NCBI GenBank assembly: GCA_937870675.1
Contig: CALMZN010000018.1
Coordinates: forward strand, 1 to 43,869
Length of the DNA: 43,869 nt
Source of the DNA: an uncultured bacterium
GTDB taxonomy: Bacteria > Patescibacteriota > Patescibacteriia > UBA1558 > GWA2-36-10
Reading direction: 5' to 3'
In this document: positions 21,704-33,465 of the stretch, piece after piece
Numbering within the stretch: the first letter of the stretch is position 1
Layout: each line of letters begins with the position of its first letter
Notes under the pieces: generated by a model
What the model saw: only the letters and a program-made list of their open reading frames with translations
The model's database searches: none
Told to the model about the DNA's origin: nothing
Program-made: the position numbers and the translations under genes

Positions 21704-22606
21704 TTAATTTACTATTTGACGTAAATATTTTTTTAATTCTTTCTTAAAGGCCGATCTTTTTAGGCCAAAATTTATAATGGCCTTCATAAATTCCAGCTTG
21801 TTGCCACAGTCATAATAATCTCCCTCATAAAGACAAGCATAGCCAACTCGCTCTTTGATGTAACGAGCAATAGCATCGGTCAGCTGGATCTCGCCACCAG
21901 CGCCGGGTTTTTGCTTGGCCAAAAAGTCAAATATCTCTGGGGTCAATATATAGCGACCAGTGACAGCCAAATTGGAAGGCGCTTTGCTGGGAGTGGGTTT
22001 TTCAATCAACTTTTTTATTTCAGCTGTGCGCTCGTCAATTTTTAGAGAGTCAATAATGCCGTATTTGTAAGTTTCTTTTTTGTTGACTTTGGTGACACCC
22101 AAAACTATGTCTTCATATTTTTCATAAACCCGCATTAGTTGTTTTATGGCTGGCACCCTGGAATCAATAATGTCATCGCCAGCAATTACCACAAATGGCT
22201 CATCACCGATCAGCTCTCGAGCAGTCAGTACAGCATGTCCCAAACCCTTTGGTGTTTTTTGTCGAACATAAATGAATTTAGCCATGTCCGAAATTTTTAG
22301 CATCTCAGCCAGCTCGGTCTTTTTTCCTTTCTGACGAAGTCGGTACTCTAGCTCAAAATTGCGGTCAAAATGATCTTCAATGGCGCGCTTATTGGCTGAA
22401 GTGACAAAAATTATTTCTTCAATACCGGATTGCACGGCCTCCTCCACGATATATTGGATAATCGGCTTGTCAACCACAGTCAGCATTTCCTTGGGTTGGA
22501 CTTTGGTGGCTGGCAAAAACCTAGTGCCAAGCCCCGCCACCGGAATTACTGCCTTCCTAATCTTTTTCACCCCGTTAGAAATTATCATTATTATAAACCA
22601 ACACAA
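21704..22606 (-). CDS. galU: UTP--glucose-1-phosphate uridylyltransferase
   Basis: KAVIPVAGLGTRFLPATKVQPKEMLTVVDKP matches the GalU/GtaB N-terminus. By analogy with the family N-terminus (as I recall it from B. subtilis GtaB, beginning roughly MKK.RKA.IP), the true start is probably internal: GTG at 22570 or ATG at 22588. Confidence 0.88.
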   Translation of the reverse strand: MCWFIIMIISNGVKKIRKAVIPVAGLGTRFLPATKVQPKEMLTVVDKPIIQYIVEEAVQSGIEEIIFVTSANKRAIEDHFDRNFELEYRLRQKGKKTELAEMLKISDMAKFIYVRQKTPKGLGHAVLTARELIGDEPFVVIAGDDIIDSRVPAIKQLMRVYEKYEDIVLGVTKVNKKETYKYGIIDSLKIDERTAEIKKLIEKPTPSKAPSNLAVTGRYILTPEIFDFLAKQKPGAGGEIQLTDAIARYIKERVGYACLYEGDYYDCGNKLEFMKAIINFGLKRSAFKKELKKYLRQIVN

Positions 22607-22652
22607 CTACTTACTTGGCGATTATTTAATCCCCGCAAATTTATAACGGGGT
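22569..22652. repeat. 9-nt inverted repeat (same ACCCCGTTA core as at 19457) enclosing the galU start region
   Basis: The plus strand has ACCCCGTTA at 22569-22577 and TAACGGGGT at 22644-22652. A third partner, CCCCGC, lies at 22631-22636. Confidence 0.85.
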
Positions 22653-22668
22653 ACATGTCTATATTATA

Positions 22669-23958
22669 CTAAAATTCCACCTCCTTGTAAATTGTTTTTA
22701 TATTTCTAGCTCGCGCGGTCAGAGCCAAGAATATAAAAAATAATAAACTCAAGTCATTTTTAAAATAAGGCACATCGGCCAAGCCATGAATCAGCCAAAT
22801 AAGCCAGAAAATTAACAAGGGCCAGGATAAATTATTTTTTTCAAAAAATAATTTTTTTATTTCCTGACCAATAAAATACAAAATAAGCAAAAAAGCCAAT
22901 AAGCCAAGGAGCCCCAGCTCCACCCAAAAATTTAAAAATATATTGTGTGGATACAAAAATATTTCTAACCAAGCTGTTTTGTGATACGGGACCAGCTTAA
23001 TTTGATAAGCATTGAACCCTGCGCCCCTAAACCAGTTGTCTTTGAGCAGGGTGTAAGTTTCTTGCCACTGGCTACTGCGTATCTCCAGTGAAGTGGCCCG
23101 CAAATCAAGAACTGGATGGAAAAGTTGTTGGCTAAGGTCAGACCTTAAGCGACTATTGAAAAATACTAATAACAAAGAAATGGTTATTAAAAAAAATAAA
23201 TATTTTTGTTTTCTAATCTTTAATTTTTTATATAATTTTACTGCGCCAAAAAAAATAAGAGCAAACAAAATGGCCAGTAAGGCCCCTTGACTGACTGCCC
23301 ACCAAGATAAAAAAATTCCCAAGATCCCGATGGCCAAATATTCCCATTTCCGCTGGCTACAAATATAATAAACCACCAAAAATCCACTGACGCCGGCCGT
23401 CAGCAAGCTCAAGGCATTGGGATAAGAAAAAATTGAAGTTAATCTTTTTACATTAGGATAATAATAGGCCGCTGGTAAATTGACGCCGGTAAAATTTTGA
23501 ATAATAGCAAAAATAGCCAGCCAGAAAATTAAAATAGCTGTTGATTTTATTATCATCTGATAATCTTTTTCGTTTTTCAAGCTAGTGACAAGCACCACAA
23601 AAAATAACAGCGGTTCCAAAAAATAAGCGCGCCAAAGACCCAAAGATTTCAGAGTTGGGTTATACAGCCAAGCTACCAAGCTAACTACTAGCCAAAGTAT
23701 TGATAAATAAAACCATTTTTTTTCTATTGTCTGCGCCAACCAAAATTCTTTTTTATACGGCTTGGCATAAATTACCCAAATAAAAAATAATATTAAAATC
23801 ATCAGCTCCAAAAATGTCGAGGGTAGAGCCAATATTTTGAAGCGCCAGAGATAACTTGGCAAAAAAATAATAATTAGTGACAGGCCCCACAAAATATTTT
23901 TTTTAGCAACATAAGCAAAAATAAACCCCGCGATTAAAATAAAAAATAAATTCAACAT
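22669..23958 (-). CDS. O-antigen-ligase/Wzy-like polytopic membrane protein
   Basis: 429 aa with about 11-12 TM helices and a larger loop late in the protein. The call rests on overall architecture and on context next to a flippase. Confidence 0.6.
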   Translation of the reverse strand: MLNLFFILIAGFIFAYVAKKNILWGLSLIIIFLPSYLWRFKILALPSTFLELMILILFFIWVIYAKPYKKEFWLAQTIEKKWFYLSILWLVVSLVAWLYNPTLKSLGLWRAYFLEPLLFFVVLVTSLKNEKDYQMIIKSTAILIFWLAIFAIIQNFTGVNLPAAYYYPNVKRLTSIFSYPNALSLLTAGVSGFLVVYYICSQRKWEYLAIGILGIFLSWWAVSQGALLAILFALIFFGAVKLYKKLKIRKQKYLFFLITISLLLVFFNSRLRSDLSQQLFHPVLDLRATSLEIRSSQWQETYTLLKDNWFRGAGFNAYQIKLVPYHKTAWLEIFLYPHNIFLNFWVELGLLGLLAFLLILYFIGQEIKKLFFEKNNLSWPLLIFWLIWLIHGLADVPYFKNDLSLLFFIFLALTARARNIKTIYKEVEF

Positions 23959-23959
23959 T

Positions 23960-25381
23960 TTATTTATTTAATATAATTTTTAGCTCGTCTTTTTTGATGA
24001 CCCGCAAAACAAAAAGCATTAGAAAATAAAAAGCCGAAACAGCCAGCCCCAAAAACATTACCGGCCAATCACGGAATGGCCAAAATAAAACAAAACTAAG
24101 CCCGGCGGCTAATATAGCGCGTGCCAAAACTCCTGTTTTTAAGCTAATATTAGCGCTTTTTTTAACCAAAAAATAAGCGGCTATCCAAACAAAAATTTCC
24201 GCTAGCACAGTGACAATAGCGGCCGCCCAATAGCCGTACTTGGGGATGAACAGAAAATAAGCCACCAAACCAAACACAGCTGTCAAAAAATAATACTTGA
24301 GCATTTTTTTCTGCAAACCCATGGCCACAACTAGATAGGTGAACATGGTGCCAAAAAATATGGCCACCACCGCCAAAACCAAAATATTTAGAATCGGCGC
24401 TGACTGGGCAAACTCTTGACCAGTAATCAACAGCATAATTTTTTCACTCATCAGCCAAACAACCAAAATCATCCAAATATTGATAATAGAAAAAAAATCA
24501 AAAGTATGTTGTTGGATAACTCTCAATTTTTCAAAATCTTTTTTTATCCAAGAGGCCACAAAAAGTGGTAGAATCAATCCCATAAACATGTGCGGGAAAG
24601 TCACTAAGACCTCCAATATTTTGTAAGCCGCACCATAGAGCCCGACTTTTTCGGCTGAATGATAAGCGGACAAAATCAGGGTATCGGCTTTGAAATACAC
24701 TAGGTTGAGCACTACACCCAAAGATAATGGCCAAGCAATTTTAAAAACTTTTTTCCAGTACAAAAAATCCCAAGCCATCCCCAAGCGCTGATGTTTTTTT
24801 ATAAAAATTAACAAAACAAAAAAACCAATGGCTGTGCTAAGTGTGTTCCAAAAAAGTATTTGATTTAAGGTGCCACTGTGTTGATAGATATATATGAGCG
24901 ACAATAAATAAACTACCCTAGCCATTAAATAGGCCAAACTTGCTTTGGCCATATCCAAATATTTGGCAAATACGGCTGTCAAAGTAGAAACTAAACTTTG
25001 CCAAAAAAATGCGCCCGCTAAAAAAATCACCCCAACCATAACTCTCTGATCATAAGGAAAAAATCTTATCAATAATGGCGCCAAAGCAAAAATCGCTAGC
25101 GCTGAAACAAGACGAATGGCAAAAATATTGTCGATTCTTTTCTTCTCTTCTTTTTTGTCCTGAGTAGCCGACACTTCATTCAGTAGGGTCAAATACAAGC
25201 CGAAATCACCGATAGTCATCACTGTCTGTAAAAATACAAAAATTGTGGTATAAAAACCAAATTGTGTTTGACCCAAAACACGAGTAATTATTCCGATGTT
25301 TATAACACCAACAATAACATCAAAAAACCTGATCACTATCTGCCAAATAGTATTGGTAAATATTTTATTCATTACAGACAT
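23960..25381 (-). CDS. MOP-superfamily oligosaccharide/lipid-linked glycan flippase (Wzx/MurJ-like)
   Basis: 473 aa with about 14 TM helices. The N-terminal region (TNTIWQIVIRFFDVIVGVINIGIITRVLG) is typical of polysaccharide-biosynthesis flippases. Confidence 0.65.
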   Translation of the reverse strand: MSVMNKIFTNTIWQIVIRFFDVIVGVINIGIITRVLGQTQFGFYTTIFVFLQTVMTIGDFGLYLTLLNEVSATQDKKEEKKRIDNIFAIRLVSALAIFALAPLLIRFFPYDQRVMVGVIFLAGAFFWQSLVSTLTAVFAKYLDMAKASLAYLMARVVYLLSLIYIYQHSGTLNQILFWNTLSTAIGFFVLLIFIKKHQRLGMAWDFLYWKKVFKIAWPLSLGVVLNLVYFKADTLILSAYHSAEKVGLYGAAYKILEVLVTFPHMFMGLILPLFVASWIKKDFEKLRVIQQHTFDFFSIINIWMILVVWLMSEKIMLLITGQEFAQSAPILNILVLAVVAIFFGTMFTYLVVAMGLQKKMLKYYFLTAVFGLVAYFLFIPKYGYWAAAIVTVLAEIFVWIAAYFLVKKSANISLKTGVLARAILAAGLSFVLFWPFRDWPVMFLGLAVSAFYFLMLFVLRVIKKDELKIILNK

Positions 25382-25417
25382 GAGTTTATTATACTAATTT
25401 GTGGTGAATAAAACAAA

Positions 25418-25440
25418 CCCGTCGCGTCAGACGCGACGGG
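25418..25440 (-). terminator. recA terminator hairpin
   Basis: The hairpin is CCCGTCGCG-TCAGA-CGCGACGGG, 15 nt after the recA stop. It is followed on the minus strand by TTTGTTTTATT and on the plus strand by TTTTTT. Confidence 0.7.
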
Positions 25441-25454
25441 TTTTTTGAAAAAAT

Positions 25455-26480
25455 TTATAATTCTACTTCAGCGGACTTGTGCACCTTCCAGACCTCTTTT
25501 TTTATGCTAGCCATTAGATCAGGATTTTCTTTCAAATAGCTCTTGGCATTTTCACGACCGACTCCTAGCTTGGTTTCTCCATAAGAATAGGAATTACCAC
25601 TCTTGTTGATAATATGATATTCCAAGCCCATATCCAAGACATCGCCGGCCACAGAAATGCCTTCGTTGTACATAATATCAAAAGTACAGGCCTTGAATGG
25701 AGCGGCTACTTTGTTTTTTACCACTTTGGCTTTGACTTGGTTACCAATGATTTTCTCGCCCTGCTTGATTTGAGCTGAACGCCTGACTTCTATTCTGACC
25801 GAAGAATAAAATTTCAAAGCATTACCGCCAGTAGTGGTCTCGGGATTGCCAAAAAACACCCCAATTTTCATCCTGATCTGGTTGATAAAAATTACTAGAG
25901 TATTGCTCTTGCTGACTATGCCAGCTAGTTTGCGTAAGGCCTGGCTCATCAATCTGGCCTGCAAGCCCATGTGCTGAGCGCCCATTTCACCCTCTATTTC
26001 TGCTTTGGGCACTAGAGCGGCCACGGAGTCAACCACAATGACCCCTACGCCCCCAGATCTGACCAAGGCCTCTACTATTTCTAGAGCTTGCTCGCCAGTG
26101 TCGGGCTGGGAAATCAACAATTCGTTGACGTTCACTCCAATACGCTTAGCATAATCTGGGTCTAAAGCGTGCTCGGCATCAATAAAAGCCGCTACTATGC
26201 CAGCTTTTTGGGCTTCCGAAACAATGTGCTGAGCCAAAGTGGTCTTGCCCGAGGCCTCTGGACCATATATTTCAATAATCCTGCCCTTTGGCACACCCCC
26301 CACACCCAAAGCCAAATCTAAAGACAAACAGCCCGTGCTAATGGTGTCAACGTTCATGGCCTTGGCATCGCCCAAGCTCATAATCGCACCCTCACCAAAA
26401 CGCTCCCGTATCTGATCAATAGCCGTTTTGGTGGCCTGATCAAAGTTATTCTTCACTTTTTTCTCTTTCTCTTGCGCCAT
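25455..26480 (-). CDS. recA: Recombinase RecA
   Basis: It has the Walker [14 protein letters not shown] and the motif [16 protein letters not shown] prefer ATG 26480 (SD AAAGGAG 10 nt upstream) over the track's TTG at 26486. Confidence 0.95.
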   Translation of the reverse strand: MAQEKEKKVKNNFDQATKTAIDQIRERFGEGAIMSLGDAKAMNVDTISTGCLSLDLALGVGGVPKGRIIEIYGPEASGKTTLAQHIVSEAQKAGIVAAFIDAEHALDPDYAKRIGVNVNELLISQPDTGEQALEIVEALVRSGGVGVIVVDSVAALVPKAEIEGEMGAQHMGLQARLMSQALRKLAGIVSKSNTLVIFINQIRMKIGVFFGNPETTTGGNALKFYSSVRIEVRRSAQIKQGEKIIGNQVKAKVVKNKVAAPFKACTFDIMYNEGISVAGDVLDMGLEYHIINKSGNSYSYGETKLGVGRENAKSYLKENPDLMASIKKEVWKVHKSAEVEL

Positions 26481-26529
26481 ATACAAATAGCTCCTTTCTA
26501 CAAACCTGCCTGCGAAAGCTTGCTATTAA

Positions 26530-27207
26530 TTATTCTGCTAATTCCCTTAAGATTAATAATTCCAAATACTTTGTTCGACTATGCTTCTTTTTAGCACTAA
26601 TCTGTAAATTATTCAAGCCGATCGTCAAATTGACCGCTTTTTTAAATTTTCCCTCCTGATCTAGGGCTATCAATTCTCCATTGATCATAACCTGGGCTTC
26701 GCTCTTGGTCTGGCCGATTATTTCTACGCTGGTCTCTTTGGTTTTAAAATTATTACTGGGCTGAGTGATATTTAAGTATGGTGGAAAAATGATATTAACG
26801 ATTTCAAAGACCAGGTAGACCAGCAGAACCAAAACCACTCCTCCAACTACCAACCAACGCAAAGTCCTTGGCCGCAAAAATCGACTGCTTTTGATGGCCC
26901 TCTTGTTTTCTATTTTTATGTCCTTGCTGATCTTGCTATTTATATTTTTTTCTAGCTGATAATCAACTAGCAAACCATTGGCATCAATTTCATAAAAATT
27001 AGCTATTTTTTTTAGCCAAGCACGCACATAAATATCACCCGGTAAATTATCCTGCTGACCATTTTCTAAGCTGACGATATATTTAGTTGGAATATTTATT
27101 TTTTTGGCCAAAGTTTCTACGGTGATTTCTTTATTTAGCCGCAAATTTTTTAACTTGTCAGCCATGGTGTGAGTGCGCCGTAGTTCTTTGCGTTCAAAAT
27201 TTGACAT
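26530..27207 (-). CDS. RodZ-like protein: XRE-type HTH, single TM helix, extracytoplasmic domain
   Basis: 225 aa. The HTH is ITVETLAKKINIPTKYIVSLENG and the TM helix is LRWLVVGGVVLVLLVYLVFEIV. Confidence 0.6.
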   Translation of the reverse strand: MSNFERKELRRTHTMADKLKNLRLNKEITVETLAKKINIPTKYIVSLENGQQDNLPGDIYVRAWLKKIANFYEIDANGLLVDYQLEKNINSKISKDIKIENKRAIKSSRFLRPRTLRWLVVGGVVLVLLVYLVFEIVNIIFPPYLNITQPSNNFKTKETSVEIIGQTKSEAQVMINGELIALDQEGKFKKAVNLTIGLNNLQISAKKKHSRTKYLELLILRELAE

Positions 27208-27210
27208 GGA

Positions 27211-29442
27211 CTAATAATTTTTATGATCTTGGCTGGCCAAATAATCTTCTCCGCCATCCTCTTTTTCGTCTTCGCCCATTTCATCATCAGCCACCACTTC
27301 TTCATCCAAGGCCGATGAAAAATTTTCTTCCAAATCATCCTGTTTGATTAATACGTCCCTGGCCTTGGAGCCATCAGCTGGACCGACTACTCCCATTTCT
27401 TCCAAAATATCCAGCAACCTAGCGGCTCGCGCATAGCCGACTCTCAAGCGTCGCTGTAATAGCGTGGCTGAGGCCTTACCGGCTCTAATTACTATTTCCT
27501 TGGCTTCTTGAGAAAGAGTATCTTCTTGGTTGTTATATCCTCCACCAACAATAGTTGCTCCGCCTTGATGTTCGGTGACTTTGGGGTTGTATTGTGGCTC
27601 GCCTTGTTCTTTCAAGAAAGCCACTACGTCAGAAATCTCCTCATCAGTGACATAAGCGCCTTGGATGCGTTTTAATTTTGATGAATCTGCGGTCATAAAC
27701 AACATGTCTCCCTTGCCAAGTAATTTATCAGCGCCCGAAGAGTCCAAAATAGTTCGTGAATCCATGGCCGAGGCCACTGCAAAAGCAATACGCGAGGTAA
27801 TATTGGCCTTGATCAAACCAGTAATAACGTCAACCGAAGGACGTTGGGTAGCCAAAATCAAATGAATGCCAGCGGCTCGACCCAATTGAGCTAAGCTTAC
27901 TACCGCTGCCTCTACTTCTTTGGAGGCCAGTGACATCAGGGCGGCAAATTCATCAACTATCACCACATAATACGGCAAACGATTAACAATCACCGCTTTA
28001 TTGTAAGAATCAATATTTTTTTTGTTGGCCGCTTGTAATAATTTATAACGCCCATGCATTTCATTGACCACAAAACGTAAAGCGTTGATAATTTTGTCAG
28101 TGTCAGTAATAACTGGCGACTCTAAATAAATAACATCATTATAAATTGAAAGCTCCACTCGCTTGGGGTCAATCAAGATAAAGCGCAAATCATCTGGCGA
28201 GTTTTGATACATCAAACTCAAAATAATACTATTAATACAAATGGACTTTCCTGAGCCAGTGGAACCAGCTATCAAAAGATGGGGCATGCTGGCTAGGTTG
28301 GCCATTATGGCTGTACCCGAAACATCTTTACCCAAGACAATGCTTAAATTACTCTTGCGTCTAGTGTAAGCTGGACTCTCCAAAACATCTCTAACTTTGA
28401 CTACCGAAATGCTCTGGTTTGGCACTTCTATACCCACCAAAGATTTCCCAGGAATAGGCGCCTCCATTCTGATGGGATGTGCGGCTAGGGCCAGAGCCAG
28501 ATCATTTTGCAAGGTCAAAACTTGTGCCAAACGCACGCCTTCGGCTGGACGTAAAGTATATTGAGTGACCGTTGGGCCAACATTGACTTCACCCATGGTG
28601 ACTTCAATACCAAAATTTTCAAATGTTTTTTTTATTTTTTGAGTATTAGCATCGATATCTCCAGAATCTGGCTTGGTATTTGATCTGGTCAGTAAATCCA
28701 TTGGTATGACAATCTTTTTCCTGGGCCTGCGACTAGGTTCGCTTGCTTCCAAACTGGTCAAGCCACTTTTGTCGGTTTCAATTATTTCTTCCGGTTCAAG
28801 GGGTGCTTCTTTTTCTGTGTTTAATATTTCCTCGGGCACAAATTCTTCTTCGTCTTCCTCTTCTTGGGGGGTGGGGGGAATTATTTTTTCTTTCAACAAA
28901 CCAAAGGATCTGGCTCGCGCGCTAATATCTTTGAATGAGGTGTTGAAACTAATAAATAGACCAATAATCATCATGGCTACCAAAACTCCCAATGAGCCCC
29001 AAAAACCTAAAAAAGTAGAAAAAATATAGCCAGCCCCAAAACCCAAAGAACCACCGCCAATGCCAGTTTTGCTAATTTCAGAAAAAGTATAATCTTGCAC
29101 TAAAAAATTAAGCAAACCCGTGATAGCCAATATCAATAAGAATAAACCCAAATAAACCACAAATTTCAAGCGATGTCTTTGGCTACGCAAAAGAAAATAA
29201 CCAACCAACAATAGGATAATAATAAACAGCCAATCAGCCCAACCAAATAAGAAGCCCAAACCATAGTTTAGGCCCCGACCAAATGGTCCGGCTAAGTTGA
29301 AAAATGACATGATAGACAAAAAAGCCATTAAAAATACCACGATGGTAATTATGGCGCCCTTGGTATCTGGCGACATATTAAAACCCACGGCCAAATCTTG
29401 ATCAAATTTTTCTCCCTGCTTTCGTTTGTTTTTTCTAGACAT
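27211..29442 (-). CDS. ftsK: DNA translocase FtsK/SpoIIIE
   Basis: 743 aa with N-terminal TM helices. It has the Walker A IAGSTGSGKS, the Walker B VVIVDEFAALM and the gamma winged-helix domain LLQRRLRVGYARAARLLDILEEMGVVGP. Confidence 0.93.
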   Translation of the reverse strand: MSRKNKRKQGEKFDQDLAVGFNMSPDTKGAIITIVVFLMAFLSIMSFFNLAGPFGRGLNYGLGFLFGWADWLFIIILLLVGYFLLRSQRHRLKFVVYLGLFLLILAITGLLNFLVQDYTFSEISKTGIGGGSLGFGAGYIFSTFLGFWGSLGVLVAMMIIGLFISFNTSFKDISARARSFGLLKEKIIPPTPQEEEDEEEFVPEEILNTEKEAPLEPEEIIETDKSGLTSLEASEPSRRPRKKIVIPMDLLTRSNTKPDSGDIDANTQKIKKTFENFGIEVTMGEVNVGPTVTQYTLRPAEGVRLAQVLTLQNDLALALAAHPIRMEAPIPGKSLVGIEVPNQSISVVKVRDVLESPAYTRRKSNLSIVLGKDVSGTAIMANLASMPHLLIAGSTGSGKSICINSIILSLMYQNSPDDLRFILIDPKRVELSIYNDVIYLESPVITDTDKIINALRFVVNEMHGRYKLLQAANKKNIDSYNKAVIVNRLPYYVVIVDEFAALMSLASKEVEAAVVSLAQLGRAAGIHLILATQRPSVDVITGLIKANITSRIAFAVASAMDSRTILDSSGADKLLGKGDMLFMTADSSKLKRIQGAYVTDEEISDVVAFLKEQGEPQYNPKVTEHQGGATIVGGGYNNQEDTLSQEAKEIVIRAGKASATLLQRRLRVGYARAARLLDILEEMGVVGPADGSKARDVLIKQDDLEENFSSALDEEVVADDEMGEDEKEDGGEDYLASQDHKNY

Positions 29443-29521
29443 AATAAAAAGCTTATTATACAGCTATCTTATCGATATATTTTATCACAATCTAGCATAA
29501 AAATAAAATCCACCTTCCACC

Positions 29522-29551
29522 AAAAAAGCCCCCAATATTGGGGGCTTTTTT
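29522..29551. terminator. rpoC terminator (bidirectional palindrome)
   Basis: The sequence is AAAAAAGCCCCCAATATTGGGGGCTTTTTTT, abutting and slightly overlapping the rpoC stop codon (29551-29553). Confidence 0.85.
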
Positions 29552-32500
29552 TATTTGGTTGTTTTGTCTATGAATCCTGTGCCAGCTGGTATTTTGCGAC
29601 CAATAATCACATTCTCCTTCAATCCCCTGAGGTGATCAACACGGCCAGAAATAGCGGCGTCAATTAAGACCCTAGCTGTTTCTTGGAAAGAAGCCGCTGA
29701 CAAAAATGAATCTGAGGTCAGAGCCGCCTTTGTAATACCCATCAACAAAACCTCTCCTTTGGCCATTTGACCCCTGGTCTTGTGGTTGGCCTCGCTAAAC
29801 TGAGTGCTAGTAATAATCTCTCCTGGCAATAGGTCGGTGTCACCAATGTCCTTGATAAAAATTCTAGAAAACATTTGTTTGACAATGAGCTCTACGTGCT
29901 TATCATTTAGGTTTTGACCCTGTAGAGAATAAATACTTTTAATCTCTTTGATAATATATTTTTGTACGGCTAGCTGTCCTTTGATCTGATACAGTTCGTG
30001 CAAATCAACGCTACCTTCAGTCATTGACTGCCCCTCAACTACTATGTCTTTATTTTTTATATAAAGTTTGTAGCCGGCTGGTATAATAACATCGATCACT
30101 TCGTTTTTGTGACTTATGATTTGTAATTGATCGTCGGTCAACTTGGCAATGCCGGCAAAAGTAGCTCTTATCTCCTGTTCTTCGTTGATAATCAACAGTT
30201 GTTCTTTGGCCACCTCTTCTCCGTCTTTGACTTTGAGCTCGGTGGATTTGTCTAAATCATATTTAGCAATACGCGCGCCCTGTGGTTCTATTTTGATAAC
30301 TTGATTATCCTTGCTAATCAATTTATTTGTTTCGGTGATCAAGACCACACCATTGACTGGAGCAATGATGGCCGGCTTCTTTGGTAGACGCGCTTCAAAC
30401 AGCTCTTCAACTCGGGGCAGACCTTGGGTAATGTCACCCTCGGACACACCGCCCGTGTGGAAGGTGCGCATAGTCAGCTGAGTACCGGGCTCACCAATGC
30501 TTTGAGCGGCTACTATACCAACAGCCGTGCCTTTTTCCACCAAACGATTATAGCCCAAATCATAACCATAACACTTTTGACACACGCCACGTATGGCCTT
30601 GCAGGTCAAAACAGAACGAATACGGATGGATTCTAGGTCGGCTTTAGCAATGTGGTCGGCTAATTCTTTGGTAACTAGCGTTCCTTTTTTAATTAAAACT
30701 TTTTTACTGTTTGGGTCTTTGATGTCATTTATCAAAACGCGGCCAATGATACGCTCATACAAGGGCTCATTAAAATTGGCGCTTTCTTCTTTGTCAATAA
30801 GCAGACCCTCTTTGTCTCCACAATCTTCTTCCAAAACCACCACATCTTGAGAAACGTCAACTAAGCGTCTAGTCAAATAACCGGCGCTGGCTGTACGTAA
30901 GGCCGTATCAGACAATCCTTTTCTAGTGCCATGAGTAGAAATAAAATACTCCAAAACATCCAAGCCCTCACGAAAACTGGCCTTGATGGGCAACTCAATA
31001 ACCTCACCAGCTGGATTGATAACCGTGCCTTTCAAACCCATGATTTGCAATACCTGTGACCAAGTACCGCGAGCACCAGAATTGATAATTGAAGCAATGG
31101 AATTTTCTTGATTAAACACTAGTTTACACTGTTCGCTAATACGATTTTTAATCTCATTCCAAACTTCAATTACTTTTATGTAGCGCTCGTGATTGGTCAG
31201 CAAACCATTGTTGTATTGTTCTTTTATTTCTTCTACCTGTTTTTCCGCCTCCTTGATCAGGGCGGCCTTGGCCTCCACTAGTGGTATGTCGTCCATGCCC
31301 CAAGACATACCCGAATCAGTGATATAGCGGAAGGCCAAATCTTTAATGTCGTCTAATAAATGAACTGTTCGGTCATGTGGCAAAATACGAAAGGCCTCGG
31401 CCACAATGTTTTTCATAGCTTTTTTATCTACAGCATGATTCACAAAAGAAATTTCTTTTGGCAAAATTTTATTAAATAAAATGCGCCCAATTGAGGTTTC
31501 TAAAATTTGATTGTTTACTTTCCCAACTCTGACCTTAATCAGATCCTGCAATTTTATCAGGCCCATAGTAAACACTTTTTCGGCCTCATCCTCGTCAGTA
31601 AAGACCTTAACCACTTTAGCGTCTTTGCGGATGTAGGTCATGTAATAACCACCCCAAACCATGTCTTGGGTCGGCATGGTCACTGGTTCACCGGTGGCTG
31701 GTTTTAATAGATTGTTGGATGATAACATCAAGCTTGAGGCCTCAAGTTTAGCTTCTTCGGTCAGGGGAACGTGTACGGCCATTTGGTCGCCATCAAAATC
31801 AGCATTGAAGGCTGTGCAGACAAGCGGGTGCAACTGTATGGCCTTGCCTTCTATCAATATTGGTCGAAAGGCCTGGATACCCAAACGATGCAAAGTTGGA
31901 GCGCGATTAAGCATAACGTGAGCATCCTTAATGATGTCTTCCAAGATGGCCCAAACCTCGGGATGGCCGGCCTCAATATATTTATTGGCACTGCGCACAT
32001 TGTGCACTAATTCGGCTTTGATTAATTTGGAAATTACAAATGGTCTGAATAATTCTAGAGCCATTGTTTTTGGCAAACCACACTGGTTTAATTTTAAGTG
32101 AGGGCCAACAACAATAACTGAACGACCAGAGTAGTCAACCCTTTTCCCCAACAAATTCTGCCTGAAGCGACCCTGTTTGCCCTTCAACATATCGGCAATG
32201 CTCTTGAGCATTCTTTTTTGCCCGGTTGAAGCTGTCACTGTTTTGCCGTGTCTGGCATTGTTGTCTATCAAGGCATCAACGGCCTCTTGCAACATTCTTT
32301 TTTCATTACGTTGTATAACTTCTGGAGCATTTAATTCTTTGAGGCGTTTCAAACGGTTATTGCGGTTGATCACCCGACGATATAAATCATTAAGGTCAGA
32401 GGAGGCAAAACGTCCACCATCTAGCTGAACCATGGGACGCAAATCCGGAGGTATAACTGGTATGGCTGACATAATCATCCACTCTGGCCTGATTTTGTTT

Positions 32501-33444
32501 ATGACCAAACTCTTAATCAAACGTGAGCGTCTAATGAGTTTTTTGGTCTTGGATGGCAGGGCTGTTTTGGTTTCTTCTTCTAGATCATTCAACAATTTTG
32601 TTAAACTAATTTTTTTAAGTAAATCAAAAATTGCTTCGGCACCAATGCCAGCTTCAAAAACGTGACCATAGCGCAAAGAAAGTTCTTGATATTTATTTTC
32701 CGAAACAATTTGTAGCTCGTGCAAATCCTTAAGCTCCTTGATGGCGATTTCAGCGGCCTCTTCTAGGGTCTTAACTTTATCAATTTTGGCAACATTCAGA
32801 GCCAACAATTCTTGCTCGGTTTTTTTGTCTACTTTTTCTTTGGCCTCGCCATCGGCCAACATTTTTACTTTACTCTTGTTTATTTCCTGAGAACGTTGAT
32901 TGAACTCATTGTCAATTTGTTTGCGCTTACTTTTTAATTCGGTTTTTATTTGCTCTAGGGTTTCTTGACGAGCTGGTTCATCAATTTTGATCACAATAAA
33001 AGAAGCAAAATAAATTACTTTTTCCAACGACTGAATACTCAGGTCAAGCACCAAACCAATCTTTGAAGGAATACCCCGCAAAAACCAAATGTGAGATACT
33101 GGAGCAGCCAGGTCAATGTGACCCATGCGCTCGCGACGAACTACGGCTCTGGTGACTTCGACTCCGCATTTGTCGCAAATAATGCCCTTGTATCTGATGC
33201 GTTTATATTTCCCGCAATAACACTCCCAGTCCTTGGTTGGTCCAAATATTTTTTCGCAAAACAACCCGTCTTTTTCCGGCTTTTGAGTGCGATAATTCAG
33301 CGTCTCTGGCTTCAGGACTTCGCCGTGTGACCAGCCATGAATGTCTTCTGGTGAGGCCAGACGTAATTTTATGGCATCAAATTCCAAAACCGTATTTTTG
33401 TCATTACCGACAAAGGTTGTTTTGGTTGACGATGGAGTTGGCAT
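29551..33444 (-). CDS. rpoC: DNA-directed RNA polymerase subunit beta-prime
   Basis: 1297 aa. It has the catalytic [12 protein letters not shown] motif and an N-terminal zinc-binding [23 protein letters not shown]. Confidence 0.97.
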   Translation of the reverse strand: MPTPSSTKTTFVGNDKNTVLEFDAIKLRLASPEDIHGWSHGEVLKPETLNYRTQKPEKDGLFCEKIFGPTKDWECYCGKYKRIRYKGIICDKCGVEVTRAVVRRERMGHIDLAAPVSHIWFLRGIPSKIGLVLDLSIQSLEKVIYFASFIVIKIDEPARQETLEQIKTELKSKRKQIDNEFNQRSQEINKSKVKMLADGEAKEKVDKKTEQELLALNVAKIDKVKTLEEAAEIAIKELKDLHELQIVSENKYQELSLRYGHVFEAGIGAEAIFDLLKKISLTKLLNDLEEETKTALPSKTKKLIRRSRLIKSLVINKIRPEWMIMSAIPVIPPDLRPMVQLDGGRFASSDLNDLYRRVINRNNRLKRLKELNAPEVIQRNEKRMLQEAVDALIDNNARHGKTVTASTGQKRMLKSIADMLKGKQGRFRQNLLGKRVDYSGRSVIVVGPHLKLNQCGLPKTMALELFRPFVISKLIKAELVHNVRSANKYIEAGHPEVWAILEDIIKDAHVMLNRAPTLHRLGIQAFRPILIEGKAIQLHPLVCTAFNADFDGDQMAVHVPLTEEAKLEASSLMLSSNNLLKPATGEPVTMPTQDMVWGGYYMTYIRKDAKVVKVFTDEDEAEKVFTMGLIKLQDLIKVRVGKVNNQILETSIGRILFNKILPKEISFVNHAVDKKAMKNIVAEAFRILPHDRTVHLLDDIKDLAFRYITDSGMSWGMDDIPLVEAKAALIKEAEKQVEEIKEQYNNGLLTNHERYIKVIEVWNEIKNRISEQCKLVFNQENSIASIINSGARGTWSQVLQIMGLKGTVINPAGEVIELPIKASFREGLDVLEYFISTHGTRKGLSDTALRTASAGYLTRRLVDVSQDVVVLEEDCGDKEGLLIDKEESANFNEPLYERIIGRVLINDIKDPNSKKVLIKKGTLVTKELADHIAKADLESIRIRSVLTCKAIRGVCQKCYGYDLGYNRLVEKGTAVGIVAAQSIGEPGTQLTMRTFHTGGVSEGDITQGLPRVEELFEARLPKKPAIIAPVNGVVLITETNKLISKDNQVIKIEPQGARIAKYDLDKSTELKVKDGEEVAKEQLLIINEEQEIRATFAGIAKLTDDQLQIISHKNEVIDVIIPAGYKLYIKNKDIVVEGQSMTEGSVDLHELYQIKGQLAVQKYIIKEIKSIYSLQGQNLNDKHVELIVKQMFSRIFIKDIGDTDLLPGEIITSTQFSEANHKTRGQMAKGEVLLMGITKAALTSDSFLSAASFQETARVLIDAAISGRVDHLRGLKENVIIGRKIPAGTGFIDKTTK

Positions 33445-33465
33445 ATATTTTATTGGCTAATTTAT

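Noticed and set aside
28855-28885. G6-T-G6 tract (TTGGGGGGTGGGGGGAA) inside ftsK as a phase-variation switch
   Set aside because: It encodes a Pro-rich linker (IPPTPQ) in a low-complexity region. ftsK is an essential gene and an unlikely contingency locus. There is no evidence of length variation from a single sequence.
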